From positions 8,083 through 72,082 of the forward strand of contig JBAZTV010000002.1 of NCBI GenBank assembly GCA_041661765.1: a DNA stretch of 64,000 nucleotides, read 5' to 3'. Shown here in pieces: positions 7,712-18,456 of the stretch. This DNA is from Candidatus Shapirobacteria bacterium (GTDB lineage Bacteria > Patescibacteriota > Microgenomatia > UBA12405). Position 1 is the stretch's first letter, and every line of letters starts with the position of its first letter. The notes under the pieces are model-generated. The model was given only the letters and a program-made list of their open reading frames with translations, did not search any database and was not told the DNA's origin. Position numbers and translations under genes: made by a program.

Positions 7712-8707
7712 ATGGATTTAATTAAATTAAAAAAAACTTTAGATTTACTCGACCTTCCTGCTTTTCGGTATCGTCAAATAGTTAAAAACTATCATTCTGG
7801 TCGCTATTTAAATTTCGACCAAATGACAGATCTTTCCCTTGATCTTCGCCAAAAATTGTCAGAATCTTTAAAATTACTATCAGTAACCGAGGAAAAATTA
7901 ATTGGAGATGAATCGACTCAAAAAGCCTTATTAACTTTATCTGACGGTCAAAAGATCGAATCGGTTTTTATGGATTATGATGATTGGCTAACCGCTTGTG
8001 TCTCTAGTCAAGTCGGTTGTTCTCTTGGTTGTCATTTTTGCGCCACTGGTAAAATGGGTTTTAAAAGAAATCTTACTACTGAAGAAATTGTTGATCAAAT
8101 TTTATATTGGAACCAAAAAATTTACCCAAAGTATATTGGCAGGGTTGTTTTTATGGGCATGGGTGAGCCATTTTTGAACTGGGACAATGTTTTGGCGGCT
8201 ATTAATATTATTAATGCTGACAACGGATTAAACATTGGTGCTAGAAAAATTAGCATCTCAACTGCTGGTATTGCCGATAAAATTATTGAATTTGCCAATC
8301 TTAACACTCAAATAAATTTAGCTGTTTCTCTCCATTCTGCCGATCAAAAAATTAGAGAATCCTTTATGCTAATAGCCAAAAAATATTCTCTATCTCAACT
8401 TAAAAATGCTTGTAATTATTATGTCGGCAAAACTAATCGTCAATTGTTTTTTGAATACGCCTTAATGGATATTAATACCAGCCAAAACGATGCCAAATTA
8501 TTAATTGATTTTATAAATTCCAATCGTCTTTTCTTTTTAAATTTAATTCCACTTAATACAGTTGAGGGTGGCATGACTCCAGCTTCTCCAAGCCAACAAA
8601 AAGCTTTTATAAACTATTTAGATCAATCTAGAATTGAATATTCTCTCCGCCGTTCCTTTGGTCAAAATTTTGCCGCTGCCTGCGGCCAATTAATTACCGA
8701 CAAATAA
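7712..8707 (+). CDS. rlmN: Radical SAM 23S rRNA (A2503 C2) / tRNA methyltransferase RlmN
   Basis: LPAFRYRQIVKNY N-terminus. CxxxCxxC radical-SAM cluster in ...SQVGCSLGCHFCATG. ...MGMGEPF... Confidence 0.85.
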   Translation: MDLIKLKKTLDLLDLPAFRYRQIVKNYHSGRYLNFDQMTDLSLDLRQKLSESLKLLSVTEEKLIGDESTQKALLTLSDGQKIESVFMDYDDWLTACVSSQVGCSLGCHFCATGKMGFKRNLTTEEIVDQILYWNQKIYPKYIGRVVFMGMGEPFLNWDNVLAAINIINADNGLNIGARKISISTAGIADKIIEFANLNTQINLAVSLHSADQKIRESFMLIAKKYSLSQLKNACNYYVGKTNRQLFFEYALMDINTSQNDAKLLIDFINSNRLFFLNLIPLNTVEGGMTPASPSQQKAFINYLDQSRIEYSLRRSFGQNFAAACGQLITDK

Positions 8708-8726
8708 TTAAAATTAAAAATTAATT

Positions 8727-8777
8727 TCTCCCTTTCTTAAGGGGAGATGTCGAACAAAGTGAGACAGAGAGGTTTTA
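8727..8777 (+). repeat. GC-rich double-hairpin intergenic element, family copy f (terminator position for rlmN)
   Basis: tCTCCCtttcttaaGGGGAGa, then tgtcgaacaaagtgagaca, then gAGAGGTTTTaa. Confidence 0.55.
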
Positions 8778-8795
8778 ATTGGATATAATACTCCC

Positions 8796-9746
8796 ATGTT
8801 AATCGATGAAGTTAGAATTACAATCAAAGGTGGCGACGGTGGAAATGGCTCTGCTCATTTTTATAGCGATGCCTTTCGTCCCAAAGGTGGCCCAGACGGC
8901 GGCATTGGTGGCGACGGTGGCTCTGTTTTTTTTGAAGCCGTTTCCGACATCAGTAAATTAAATCAATTTCGTCATGCCAAAGTTTATACTGCCCAAAACG
9001 GCGAACAAGGTGGTCACAATAATCGCACTGGCCACAATGGTGAGGATTTAATTATCCAAGTTCCAGTTGGTACTCTTGCCACCTATGATAATGGCACTTC
9101 AATTGAGTTAACTAAATTAGGTCAAAAAGTTTTAATGGCCAAAGGTGGCAGTGGTGGTCGTGGTAATTTCTGTTTTAAGTCATCCACTAACCAAACTCCT
9201 CTAGAAAAAGAATTAGGTTACAAGTGTCAGACAAAAAAATTATTTTTACAATTAAAATTAATCGCTCAAGTCGGTTTAATTGGTTTACCTAATGCTGGTA
9301 AAACCAGTCTCTTAAACGAACTCACAACCGCTGATGCTAAAGTTGCTAATTATTCTTTTACCACCCTCGAACCAAATTTAGGTGTCATGAAAAATGGTCT
9401 AATTATTGCCGATATTCCAGGACTTATTGAAGGTGCGGCCGAGGGTCGTGGTCTTGGTGTTAAATTCTTAAAACATGTCGAAAGAACCAGTCTTTTAATT
9501 CATTGCATTGCTGCCGATTCAAGTGATCCTTTAAAAGATTATCAAACTGTCCATCAAGAATTAAATAATTACAGTTCTAATTTAGCTAATAAACCAGAAA
9601 TAATTGTTCTAACCAAATCAGACACTCTTGACCCAAAAGAAATTACAAAAATTCAAAAATTAATTAAAGCTCAAATTTCCACGTCCATTGTTGATCCTGA
9701 AAGTATTAAAAAACTCAACGATCTCATCACCAAAAATTTAAAATAA
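8796..9746 (+). CDS. obg: GTPase Obg
   Basis: Gly-rich Obg fold GGDGGNGSAHF...GGPDGGIGGDGG. G1 motif GLIGLPNAGKTSLL. Confidence 0.85.
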   Translation: MLIDEVRITIKGGDGGNGSAHFYSDAFRPKGGPDGGIGGDGGSVFFEAVSDISKLNQFRHAKVYTAQNGEQGGHNNRTGHNGEDLIIQVPVGTLATYDNGTSIELTKLGQKVLMAKGGSGGRGNFCFKSSTNQTPLEKELGYKCQTKKLFLQLKLIAQVGLIGLPNAGKTSLLNELTTADAKVANYSFTTLEPNLGVMKNGLIIADIPGLIEGAAEGRGLGVKFLKHVERTSLLIHCIAADSSDPLKDYQTVHQELNNYSSNLANKPEIIVLTKSDTLDPKEITKIQKLIKAQISTSIVDPESIKKLNDLITKNLK

Positions 9747-9749
9747 ATT

Positions 9750-10661
9750 TTATCTTAAAATATCTCTTTCTGCCCAGTGTTTATCTATTTCAACGGTCAA
9801 TTCCAAAAATACTTTTCGACTAGACATTAATTCCAATTCTTTTCTAGCGTTATAACCAATTTCTCTTATTTTTTTTCCACCCACCCCAATAATCATTTTT
9901 TTATATCTATCAGCCGTAGTTAAAATTCTCGCTTTAATTAAAATTAATTTTTTCTTATCAACCACACTATCCACTTCCACATTAACTGAATAGGGTACTT
10001 CTTTTCTTAAAAATAAATAGGCTTTTTCTCGAATAATTTCAGCAATATAATCTTTTGAACTTAAACTAATAACCGGCCCTTTTTTAGATTCCATTATCTC
10101 TAAATCCTCTTCGGTTAACTTGGAATCTTTTTCCGGTAACAATTCAAAAATAAGATTAATTAATCCTTTAACATTAGTTTCTTTAATGGCGCTTACTGAA
10201 ATCACTTCATCAAATTCGTCTTCCAAATAATTATATTCAGCTAAATGATCCTTACTACCAATTGCCTGATCGATTTTATTATAAACCAAAATTTTTTTGG
10301 CTTTCGATTTTCTAACCAATCCAATTACTTTATTTTCTTCTTCAGTTTTTGGTCGGGAAATATCCAAAAGACAAATTACCACATCGGCTCTACCAACTTC
10401 CTTGGGGGCTTCAGTATTAACCCGTTTACCAATTAAATCGGACACTTTATTAATAATTCCTGGAGTGTCAGAAAAAATAATTTTTCCTTTTTCACTACTA
10501 AAAACTACTCGTGCATTTTTTCGAGTTGTTTGAGCCATTGGTGAAGTGATAGCCACTTTTTGACTCATTATTGCGTTAAGTAAAGTAGATTTTCCAGTAT
10601 TAGGTCGCCCTAAAATCACCACCCGTCCAATTTTTACTTTTTCCTCAATTATTTTTCGCAT
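9750..10661 (-). CDS. era: GTPase Era
   Basis: VVILGRPNTGKSTLLN G1 motif, DTPG, NKID, and a C-terminal KH domain. Confidence 0.85.
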   Translation of the reverse strand: MRKIIEEKVKIGRVVILGRPNTGKSTLLNAIMSQKVAITSPMAQTTRKNARVVFSSEKGKIIFSDTPGIINKVSDLIGKRVNTEAPKEVGRADVVICLLDISRPKTEEENKVIGLVRKSKAKKILVYNKIDQAIGSKDHLAEYNYLEDEFDEVISVSAIKETNVKGLINLIFELLPEKDSKLTEEDLEIMESKKGPVISLSSKDYIAEIIREKAYLFLRKEVPYSVNVEVDSVVDKKKLILIKARILTTADRYKKMIIGVGGKKIREIGYNARKELELMSSRKVFLELTVEIDKHWAERDILR

Positions 10662-10750
10662 TCGTCATATTTTACCAGGTTTTTTGAATTTAAACTAACT
10701 CGTTGCCAATTTATATTCTCCAGGTAAAATATAAAGACTATCAAAACTAT

Positions 10751-10779
10751 TTGACACTTAGCAAACCAAGTGTTAGACT
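10751..10779 (+). promoter_or_regulatory. Putative sigma-70-type promoter for lon (TTGACA-17-TAGACT), ending 7 nt before the ATG; possibly leaderless
   Basis: Sequence match only. Confidence 0.35.
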
Positions 10780-10786
10780 GCTAATT

Positions 10787-13165
10787 ATGCCAGAAAATAT
10801 TAATCAAAATCCAATTCCAGCTCCACAACCTTTAAGAAAAGTATTACCCTTAATTCCTCTTCGTAATATCGTTTTATTCCCATCAGTTGAAACATCACTT
10901 TTTTTTGGCCGTAAAGAATCAATGAATTCATTACTACATGCCTATGACAACACTAATAAATTAGTCATCATTACCGCTCAACAAAATTCTCGCACTGAAA
11001 AACCAGAATACAAAGACCTTTACAATGTTGGTGTTTTAGCCAAAATTGAACATATTCTTCAAAGTGATGGCAGTCTCCATGCTATTGTTAAAGGAATTTC
11101 TCGTGTCAATATTTTAAATTTAATTCAAACAGAGCCATTTTTCATGGTCGAATATGTTGATCTTCCAGTTGTCCCTGAGCCAGTAGCCGAAATTCAACAA
11201 TCCGCCGAAACTCTTTTAAGTCAATTAAAAAAAGCTTTTGCCATGGGTCGTCAATTTGATCTTCCTGCTATGATGCAACTCAGCACTGGTGTTTCTAGTG
11301 GTGACTTAGCCGATCAAGTTTGTTTCTCGGTCGAAGGAAAAATACCCGAAAAACAGGTGCTATTGGAAACACTAATTGTCAGTCAAAGATTAAAAGCGGC
11401 TACTGAATATTTAATTCAAGAAATGAAAGTTGCTGAATTAGAAAGATCCATTGAAGAAAAAACTCAAGAAAAATTTAACACTGGTATCAAAAGAAATGTT
11501 TTAGAGGAAAGAAAACGTCAAATTGAAAAAGAATTAAAACGTCTTGGTCAAAACAGCGGTGGTGAATTTTCTGATTTAGAAAAGAAAATTAAAAATAAAA
11601 ATATTCCACCAGAAGTTAGAAAAAAATTAACCAAAGAATTAGAACGTCTCACTGAAATGGGATCTATGGCTCCAGAATCAGGTTATATTAGGACCTATTT
11701 AGAAACAGTATTAGAATTGCCTTGGGGGAAATACAATAAATCAGATATTAGCTTGCCTAAAGCTTCAAAAATTCTCGATCAAGATCATTACGGCATCAAA
11801 GACGTTAAAGAAAGAATTTTAGAATATTTAGCTGTTTTAAATTTAAAAAGTAAAAACAAAAAGAAAGGTGAAGAAGTTTCTCAAACTGCCAATATTTTAT
11901 GTTTCATCGGCCCTCCAGGTGTCGGTAAAACTTCTCTTGGAAAATCAATCGCTAAAGCTATGGGTAAAAGTTTTATCCGTGCCTCTCTTGGTGGAATTCG
12001 TGACGAGGCAGAAATCCGCGGTCACCGTCGAACTTATGTTGGTGCCATGCCCGGTAGAATTGTAAAAGGTCTCAAAGACGCCAAATCAATGAATCCAGTT
12101 TTTATGTTAGATGAAATTGATAAAATTGGTGCCGATTATCGCGGCGATCCATCAGCTGCTCTTTTGGAAACTCTCGACCCCGAGCAAAATCGCGAATTTG
12201 CCGATCATTACCTCGATTTCCCTCTCGACTTATCTAAAGTTTTTTTCATTTTAACCGGCAATGATATTTCCACAATTCCAGGCCCCCTAAGAGATCGTTT
12301 GGAAATTATCAATTTTTCCGGTTACACTCAAGATGAAAAATTCCATATTGCCAAAAAATACTTAATTAAAAAAGAGCTTAATGCTAATGGTCTAAAAGAA
12401 AGTAATATCGCCGAAATTAAGGATGAAACTATTAAATTTATTATTGATAAATACACTCGAGAAGCTGGAGTTCGCGGTTTGGAACGAACATTTGCTAGTC
12501 TTTTTAGAAAAGCTGCAAAAAAGATTATTGTTAATCATACTAATAAAGTTGACTTAAATGATCCGATTATAATTAAAAAATTTTTAGGCCCTGCTAAATT
12601 TACTTCAACTCTAAAAGGCAAAAAAGATGAAGTCGGTCTCTCTACTGGTTTGGCTTGGACTTCTGTTGGTGGTGAAATTTTATTTATCGAAGTCAATGTT
12701 ATGCCTGGCAAAGGCCAGTTGATTTTAACCGGAAAACTTGGTTCAGTTATGAAAGAATCTTGTCAAGCCGCCCTTTCGTTTATTCGTAGTCAAGCCAAAG
12801 AATTTGACATTAAACAAGATTTTCACAAAATCGACATTCATATTCACGTCCCCGAAGGTGCCACTCCAAAAGATGGTCCAAGTGCTGGCGGTGCCATTAC
12901 TACTGCTCTAATTTCTGCTCTCAAAAAAGTTGCAGTTCCTCGTGATATCGGTATGACTGGTGAAATTACTCTACGTGGAAATATTTTAGAAATCGGCGGT
13001 CTTAAAGAAAAATCAATTGCCGCTCACCGTGCCGGACTTAAAACTATTTTTATTCCAAAAGATAATGAAAAAATTCTGATCAACATTCCCAAAGAAGTAA
13101 AAAAAGACATTAAGTTCATTCCCGTCTCCCACTATTCCGAAATCTACAAAAAGATTTTTGAGTAA
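10787..13165 (+). CDS. lon: ATP-dependent Lon protease
   Basis: Lon N-domain LPLIPLRNIVLFP. Walker A GPPGVGKTSLGKSIA. Catalytic serine PKDGPSAGGA. Track ORF start 10703 trimmed to the ATG at 10787. Confidence 0.9.
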   Translation: MPENINQNPIPAPQPLRKVLPLIPLRNIVLFPSVETSLFFGRKESMNSLLHAYDNTNKLVIITAQQNSRTEKPEYKDLYNVGVLAKIEHILQSDGSLHAIVKGISRVNILNLIQTEPFFMVEYVDLPVVPEPVAEIQQSAETLLSQLKKAFAMGRQFDLPAMMQLSTGVSSGDLADQVCFSVEGKIPEKQVLLETLIVSQRLKAATEYLIQEMKVAELERSIEEKTQEKFNTGIKRNVLEERKRQIEKELKRLGQNSGGEFSDLEKKIKNKNIPPEVRKKLTKELERLTEMGSMAPESGYIRTYLETVLELPWGKYNKSDISLPKASKILDQDHYGIKDVKERILEYLAVLNLKSKNKKKGEEVSQTANILCFIGPPGVGKTSLGKSIAKAMGKSFIRASLGGIRDEAEIRGHRRTYVGAMPGRIVKGLKDAKSMNPVFMLDEIDKIGADYRGDPSAALLETLDPEQNREFADHYLDFPLDLSKVFFILTGNDISTIPGPLRDRLEIINFSGYTQDEKFHIAKKYLIKKELNANGLKESNIAEIKDETIKFIIDKYTREAGVRGLERTFASLFRKAAKKIIVNHTNKVDLNDPIIIKKFLGPAKFTSTLKGKKDEVGLSTGLAWTSVGGEILFIEVNVMPGKGQLILTGKLGSVMKESCQAALSFIRSQAKEFDIKQDFHKIDIHIHVPEGATPKDGPSAGGAITTALISALKKVAVPRDIGMTGEITLRGNILEIGGLKEKSIAAHRAGLKTIFIPKDNEKILINIPKEVKKDIKFIPVSHYSEIYKKIFE

Positions 13166-13168
13166 GCG

Positions 13169-14896
13169 CTACATTCTCTCCACTGTTTTTATTCCCAACA
13201 AGCCTAATCCTGTATGTAAAATACTTGCTGTAGTTTTAGTTAAAAATATTCTAAAAACCTCTTCTTTTTGATCAATAATTCTATTTTTTGCATAAAATTC
13301 GTTATATTTTCTTGCCACCCCCAATAAATATTCCGCAATCACAGAAGGGGAGAAGCGCGTCGATGCCTCCACAATTTTTTCCTCAAATCGATAAAATTCC
13401 TTAAGTAAGGCCATTTCATTATCATTAATATTTTCAGGAATTTCATTAATATTTTTTTGTTCTTTAACTTGAGTTTTATCTAAAACACTTTTACATCTGG
13501 CATAGGTGTATTGCAAATATGGACCAGAATCCCCATCTAAACTCATAATTTGATCCCAATCAAAAATTACATCTTTTCTTGGATCGCTAGACAAATCATT
13601 AAATTTAATTGCCCCAATAGCTACCGATTCAATCATTTTTCTTTTTTCTTCATTTGTTAAATCTTTTGCAACTGTACTGTTTTTAGCAACATCTTCGGCT
13701 TTTTCCATTGCTTTATCAATTACATCTGACAAATGAATCGTGTCACCCTTTCGAGTCGAAAATTTTCCTGTTGTCCATCTAATTAACCCATGAGCAATAT
13801 GAACCATACCTTGATCAGGCATCCAACCCATCATTTCGGCGGTTTTAAACACCTGTTTAAAATGTAATTGTTGATCAGCTCCAACCTCATAAATTATCAA
13901 ATTTGGTTTCCAATTTTCCAATCTATATTTAATTGTGGCCATATCACGGGTAAAGTATGTAGTTGTTCCATTTGATTTTTGCAACATCGCTGGCGGCATG
14001 TCATCAAATTCTATTATCGTTGCCCCCTCACTTTTTTTTGTAATTCCTTTATCAACAATTTCTTTAGTTATTCCTTCCAGCTTTTCTTCATAAAACGATT
14101 CACCATGAATAAAATCAATTTTTACATCCAACAATCCATAAACTTTATCAAATTCAATCATCGAAATATCAATACATTTTTGCCAAATTTCTTTAGCCTC
14201 CTTATTTCCTTTTTCTAATTTTACAAACCAGTCTCGACCCTCATCGATTAATTTTTCATCAGTTTCCGCTTCTTTGTGAAATTTTACATATAACTTTTCT
14301 AATTCTTCAATTGTCAAATCATTTAAATCTTTTTTATTCCACTTTTTAATTGCCGCCACTAACTTTCCATACTGAGTACCCCAATCACCAATATGATTAT
14401 CACCAATGCAATTCCACCCTAAAATTTTATAAATATTATAAATAGCCTGTCCGATATTTGTCGATCGCAAATGTCCAATTCCAAAAGGCTTAGCAATATT
14501 TGGTGCCGAATAATCAATCACTACAGTTTTTCCATTTCCAACTTCACTCAATTTATTTCTAAACTCAATTTCATAATTAATACTTTCTGCCTCCTTAATT
14601 AAAAATTCTGGTTTCAAATAAAAATTAATAAATCCGGCTCCAGCCATTCCAACTTTTTCCAAAAAATCATTTCGATCAATACTATTTACTATTTTTTGAG
14701 CCAATTCTTTTGGGTTTTTTGCTTGCCCGTCGTAGCCTTGGCGAAGTCGGGCCAAAGTCATGGCAATATTCGTTGAATAGTCTCCAAAATTTACATCACT
14801 TGGATGTTCAAGTTTTATTTCTTCCTCAATTACAGATAATTTCAAATCTCTACAACTTTCAAGAATTATTTTTTTAATTTCTTCAGCAATTTTCAT
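13169..14896 (-). CDS. argS: Arginyl-tRNA synthetase
   Basis: Class I HIGH region (SAPNIAKPFGIGHLRS) and KMSK-like (KFSTRKG) motifs. About 575 aa. Start taken at the Met of MKIAEEIKK. Confidence 0.85.
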   Translation of the reverse strand: MKIAEEIKKIILESCRDLKLSVIEEEIKLEHPSDVNFGDYSTNIAMTLARLRQGYDGQAKNPKELAQKIVNSIDRNDFLEKVGMAGAGFINFYLKPEFLIKEAESINYEIEFRNKLSEVGNGKTVVIDYSAPNIAKPFGIGHLRSTNIGQAIYNIYKILGWNCIGDNHIGDWGTQYGKLVAAIKKWNKKDLNDLTIEELEKLYVKFHKEAETDEKLIDEGRDWFVKLEKGNKEAKEIWQKCIDISMIEFDKVYGLLDVKIDFIHGESFYEEKLEGITKEIVDKGITKKSEGATIIEFDDMPPAMLQKSNGTTTYFTRDMATIKYRLENWKPNLIIYEVGADQQLHFKQVFKTAEMMGWMPDQGMVHIAHGLIRWTTGKFSTRKGDTIHLSDVIDKAMEKAEDVAKNSTVAKDLTNEEKRKMIESVAIGAIKFNDLSSDPRKDVIFDWDQIMSLDGDSGPYLQYTYARCKSVLDKTQVKEQKNINEIPENINDNEMALLKEFYRFEEKIVEASTRFSPSVIAEYLLGVARKYNEFYAKNRIIDQKEEVFRIFLTKTTASILHTGLGLLGIKTVERM

Positions 14897-14897
14897 A

Positions 14898-15269
14898 TTA
14901 AAAAACCTTTGATCCAACCGGTAAATCTTGGTCAGGTAATAATAAACTGACTATTTCTGTAAGCTCCCCTTGGCCGTCCGTAGCTTCAGCGGAGGAGGCG
15001 AAAATCATCGCTTCTGACAATTCACCCATAATTTTTCGTGGTTTTATATTAGTTACAAAAACAGTTTTTTTACCAATTAAATCAGCGGGTGAATACCATT
15101 TTTTAATTCCCGAAAAAATATTTCTCAATTTTTCTTCGCCAAAATCCACTTGAAGTCTTAACAATTTTTCCGATCCTTCAACTTCAATCGCCTCTTTAAT
15201 TTCACCAATCTTAAATTCCACTTTGGCAAAATCATCATATTTAATTTGATCCATGCCCAATTTTATCAT
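14898..15269 (-). CDS. tRNA-binding domain protein (CsaA / Trbp111 / MetG C-terminal EMAP-like)
   Basis: DDFAKVEFKIGEIKEA...SGI...Y.P..LIGKKTVFV.N.KPRK..G..SE.M.FA. The track start is TTG. An ATG at 15269 or 15254 is more likely. Confidence 0.6.
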   Translation of the reverse strand: MIKLGMDQIKYDDFAKVEFKIGEIKEAIEVEGSEKLLRLQVDFGEEKLRNIFSGIKKWYSPADLIGKKTVFVTNIKPRKIMGELSEAMIFASSAEATDGQGELTEIVSLLLPDQDLPVGSKVF

Positions 15270-15270
15270 T

Positions 15271-15307
15271 CCCCTCCTTGTCAAGGGAGGGGTCAGGGGT
15301 GGGTTTT
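15271..15307 (+). repeat. GC-rich hairpin element, family copy b, in a divergent promoter region (not a terminator position)
   Basis: CCCCTCCttgtcaaGGGAGGGG, then tcaGGGGTGGGTTTTTat. Confidence 0.55.
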
Positions 15308-15351
15308 TATGTTATCCTATAAACACAATTAATTATTAATTTAAAATTTTT

Positions 15352-16713
15352 ATGATTAATCTAGATACTTCCATTTTTAAATCTTACGATATTCGTGCTA
15401 TTTACCCTACTCAAGCCGACGAAGAATTAGCCGAAAAAATCGGTCGTGGTTTCGCTAAATATTTAAATTTCCCCACCAAAGTAATCGTCGCTCGTGATGG
15501 TCGTATTTCTGGTGAGTCAATGAAAAATGCCTTAGTTGAGGGATTAATTAAGGTTGGTGTTAATGTTATTGATATCGATTTGGCTTCCACTGATTCGTTT
15601 TATTACGCTTGTCAAACTCGTGACCTTCCAGGCATTACCGTTACAGCCAGTCATAACCCAAAAGAATATACCGGTTTTAAAATGGTCAAAAAAATTCCAG
15701 AACTTTTGTCAGGCGATGCTGGTATTAAAGAAATTAAAGAATATATATTGAATAATGATTTACCTGCCGACAGTGTCACTCCAGGCACGATTGAACATCA
15801 AGATGTTAAATCTGAATTTGTTGACTATGTTCTGTCTTTAATCGACATTTCTAAAGTCAAAAATTTTAAAATTCACGCCGACACTGCCAATGGTATGGTT
15901 GGTCCATTTTTAGAATTGGCTTCTCAAAAACTTCCAACGGTAGAATTTATAAAAATGTTTTGGGACATTGACGGTAATTTTCCAAATCATGGTGGTGATC
16001 CATTGTTAGCCGCAAATAGAACGGAAATTCAATTACGAGTTCCAAGTGAAGGCAGTGATTTAGGAATTATGTTTGATCCCGATGGTGATCGTTTTTTTGT
16101 TATCGATAAAAAAGGTCGTTTTATTCCAGGTGATTTTATGACCGCCATTCTCGCCGAATATTTTATTAAAAAACATCCGAGTTGTAGTATTGTTTATGAT
16201 ATTCGTGCCTCCAAGGTTGTATCGGAAACTATTTTTGCTTGTGGTGGAAAACCACTAGCCAATCGTGTTGGTCACACTCATATTAAAGCTCGTATGAAAC
16301 AGGAAAATGCCTATTTTGGCGGTGAAGTTTCTGGTCATTATTATTTTAAAGATTTCTTTTTGTGTGACACCGGTTTAGTAACTTTTATCTATCTTCTCGA
16401 TTTCTTATCTACTACCAATAAGCCTCTCGAGACGATTATCGACGAAATGTTAGCCAAATACCATATTTCTGGTGAAATAAATTCAAAAGTTGCCGATGTT
16501 CCAAGTGTTTTAACTAAACTTGAAAATACCTACAGTTCAAAAACCATCGCCCCGATTGAGCGTATGGATGGTATGACTTTTGAAATGGGTGATTGGCGTT
16601 TTAATATTCGTTCATCAAACACCGAGCCTCTACTTCGTCTTAATCTTGAAGCCAACACAGAAGAACTCATGGCTCAAAAACGTGATGAAGTTTTAGCCAT
16701 TATTAACGGATAA
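15352..16713 (+). CDS. Phosphomannomutase / phosphoglucomutase
   Basis: Active-site TASHNPKEYTGFK. Metal loop FDPDGDR. Sugar-binding GGEVSGH. Confidence 0.8.
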   Translation: MINLDTSIFKSYDIRAIYPTQADEELAEKIGRGFAKYLNFPTKVIVARDGRISGESMKNALVEGLIKVGVNVIDIDLASTDSFYYACQTRDLPGITVTASHNPKEYTGFKMVKKIPELLSGDAGIKEIKEYILNNDLPADSVTPGTIEHQDVKSEFVDYVLSLIDISKVKNFKIHADTANGMVGPFLELASQKLPTVEFIKMFWDIDGNFPNHGGDPLLAANRTEIQLRVPSEGSDLGIMFDPDGDRFFVIDKKGRFIPGDFMTAILAEYFIKKHPSCSIVYDIRASKVVSETIFACGGKPLANRVGHTHIKARMKQENAYFGGEVSGHYYFKDFFLCDTGLVTFIYLLDFLSTTNKPLETIIDEMLAKYHISGEINSKVADVPSVLTKLENTYSSKTIAPIERMDGMTFEMGDWRFNIRSSNTEPLLRLNLEANTEELMAQKRDEVLAIING

Positions 16714-16716
16714 TTT

Positions 16717-17916
16717 ATGTGTCAGCCGTCACCAGAAATTCTAGATAATTATGCCGATGTTTTGGTAAATTTTGCTCTAAACAGTGGACGAGGCGTCAAA
16801 AAAGGTGAAGTAGTTTTTCTCCAAGTACCAGAATCTGCCAAACCACTTTTAAAATCACTTCAAAAATCTGTATTAAAGGCTGGCGCTCACGCTATTATTC
16901 AATATTTACCCGACGAAATGTCTCGTGAATTTTTTGAATTAGCCAATGATGATCAATTAAAATTCTTTCCAGCCACCTTTTTAAAAGGCCGTGTCAAACA
17001 AGCCGATCATTTTTTGATGATTTTAGCCGAAACCAATTATCACGAACTTGAAGGCATCGATCCACAAAAAATTATGGAGCGAAACCAGGTTTTTAAACCA
17101 TATAAAGATTGGCGTGACGCCAAAGAAAATAAAGGCAAATTAACCTGGACTCTCGGTCTTTATGCCACTCCAGCCATGGCCCAAGAAGCCAATTTAACTT
17201 TACGAGAAGTGTGGGCCCAAATTATTAAAGCTTGTTATTTAAACGATTCAAATCCAGTTGAAAAATGGCGTCAAATTCAAAATAAATCTAACCATCTCCG
17301 TCAAAAATTAAACAAATTAGAAATCGTTAAAATTAATATAAAAGCTAAAGACACTGATTTAAATATTAGTATTGGAGAAAATCGTCAGTGGCTCGGAGCT
17401 AGTGGTAGTAATATTCCTAGTTTTGAAATTTTTACTTCTCCTGATTGGCGTCAAACCAATGGTTATATTTTTTTTGATCAACCTCTTTATCGCCAAGGCA
17501 ATTTGATTAAAAATATAAAATTAACTTTTAAAGACGGCTTAGTTGTTGATGCTCAAGCTGGTTATGGTGAAAAGTTTCTAAAACAGTTAATTAAAGTTGA
17601 AAACTCCGATAAAATAGGGGAATTCTCTTTAACTGACAAACGTTTTTCTAAAATAAATAAATTTATGGCAGAAACTCTTTATGATGAAAATTTTGGTGGA
17701 TCTTTTGGTAACACTCACATTGCTCTCGGTTCATCTTTTAAAGATGCCTGCTCTCAAAAAATAAGTAAATTAACACAAAAAGATTGGAAAGATTTAGGTT
17801 TTAATGATTCAGCTGTTCACACCGACATTATTGCTACCACTGATCGCATTGTTACTGCCACTCTTAAAAGTGGCAAAGAGATTATTCTTTATAAATCTGG
17901 TAAGTTTCAAATTTAA
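16717..17916 (+). CDS. Aminopeptidase, M29 (AmpS/PepS) family
   Basis: Collinear with aminopeptidase T: N-terminal YADVLVNFALN..G..KGE, ...ETLYDENFGGSFGNTHIALG..., ...VHTDI... Confidence 0.7.
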   Translation: MCQPSPEILDNYADVLVNFALNSGRGVKKGEVVFLQVPESAKPLLKSLQKSVLKAGAHAIIQYLPDEMSREFFELANDDQLKFFPATFLKGRVKQADHFLMILAETNYHELEGIDPQKIMERNQVFKPYKDWRDAKENKGKLTWTLGLYATPAMAQEANLTLREVWAQIIKACYLNDSNPVEKWRQIQNKSNHLRQKLNKLEIVKINIKAKDTDLNISIGENRQWLGASGSNIPSFEIFTSPDWRQTNGYIFFDQPLYRQGNLIKNIKLTFKDGLVVDAQAGYGEKFLKQLIKVENSDKIGEFSLTDKRFSKINKFMAETLYDENFGGSFGNTHIALGSSFKDACSQKISKLTQKDWKDLGFNDSAVHTDIIATTDRIVTATLKSGKEIILYKSGKFQI

Positions 17917-17919
17917 ACT

Positions 17920-18435
17920 ATGGAAAATAGTAGTGAATTAATAAATCCGAGTTTAGAAAAAAAAGAGTTTCCAACAGTTTTAAAAATTTGTAATGTTGAA
18001 AATCTTGAAGAACTTAAAAATATTTGTGCAATTGGAGATTCTGAAGAAGTTGAAGTAGGGGATTATTTTTTATTAAGAAAAAATGACAACATTACTACTT
18101 GTAGTTACGGTGCTGGTCCTTGTATTTCCGGTGTTCTTCAAACCAACGATAATAAGCTTTATATGTTTCATAGTTTTGCAGATAGATTTTTGACCTTAGA
18201 ACAAAAAGAAATTATTAAAAATACAAAAAAAGGAATTATTGGTAGTGGAAATAAAGAATTATTAGATACTTTTAAGTCCGAATTTAAAAATGGAAATATT
18301 AAAGTTCTTCCACCTCCCACTGGAGGAAATTATGACTTTAATATTGTTTTTGTTAAAGCCAAAAATAAATATAAAGTTTCACCTGGTATTTATTTTTGTC
18401 ATGATAATATAGAAAATACCGACCAACAATTATAA
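17920..18435 (+). CDS. Hypothetical protein
   Basis: ORF only. Confidence 0.4.
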   Translation: MENSSELINPSLEKKEFPTVLKICNVENLEELKNICAIGDSEEVEVGDYFLLRKNDNITTCSYGAGPCISGVLQTNDNKLYMFHSFADRFLTLEQKEIIKNTKKGIIGSGNKELLDTFKSEFKNGNIKVLPPPTGGNYDFNIVFVKAKNKYKVSPGIYFCHDNIENTDQQL

Positions 18436-18456
18436 AAAATTCATTTATAATAAATC

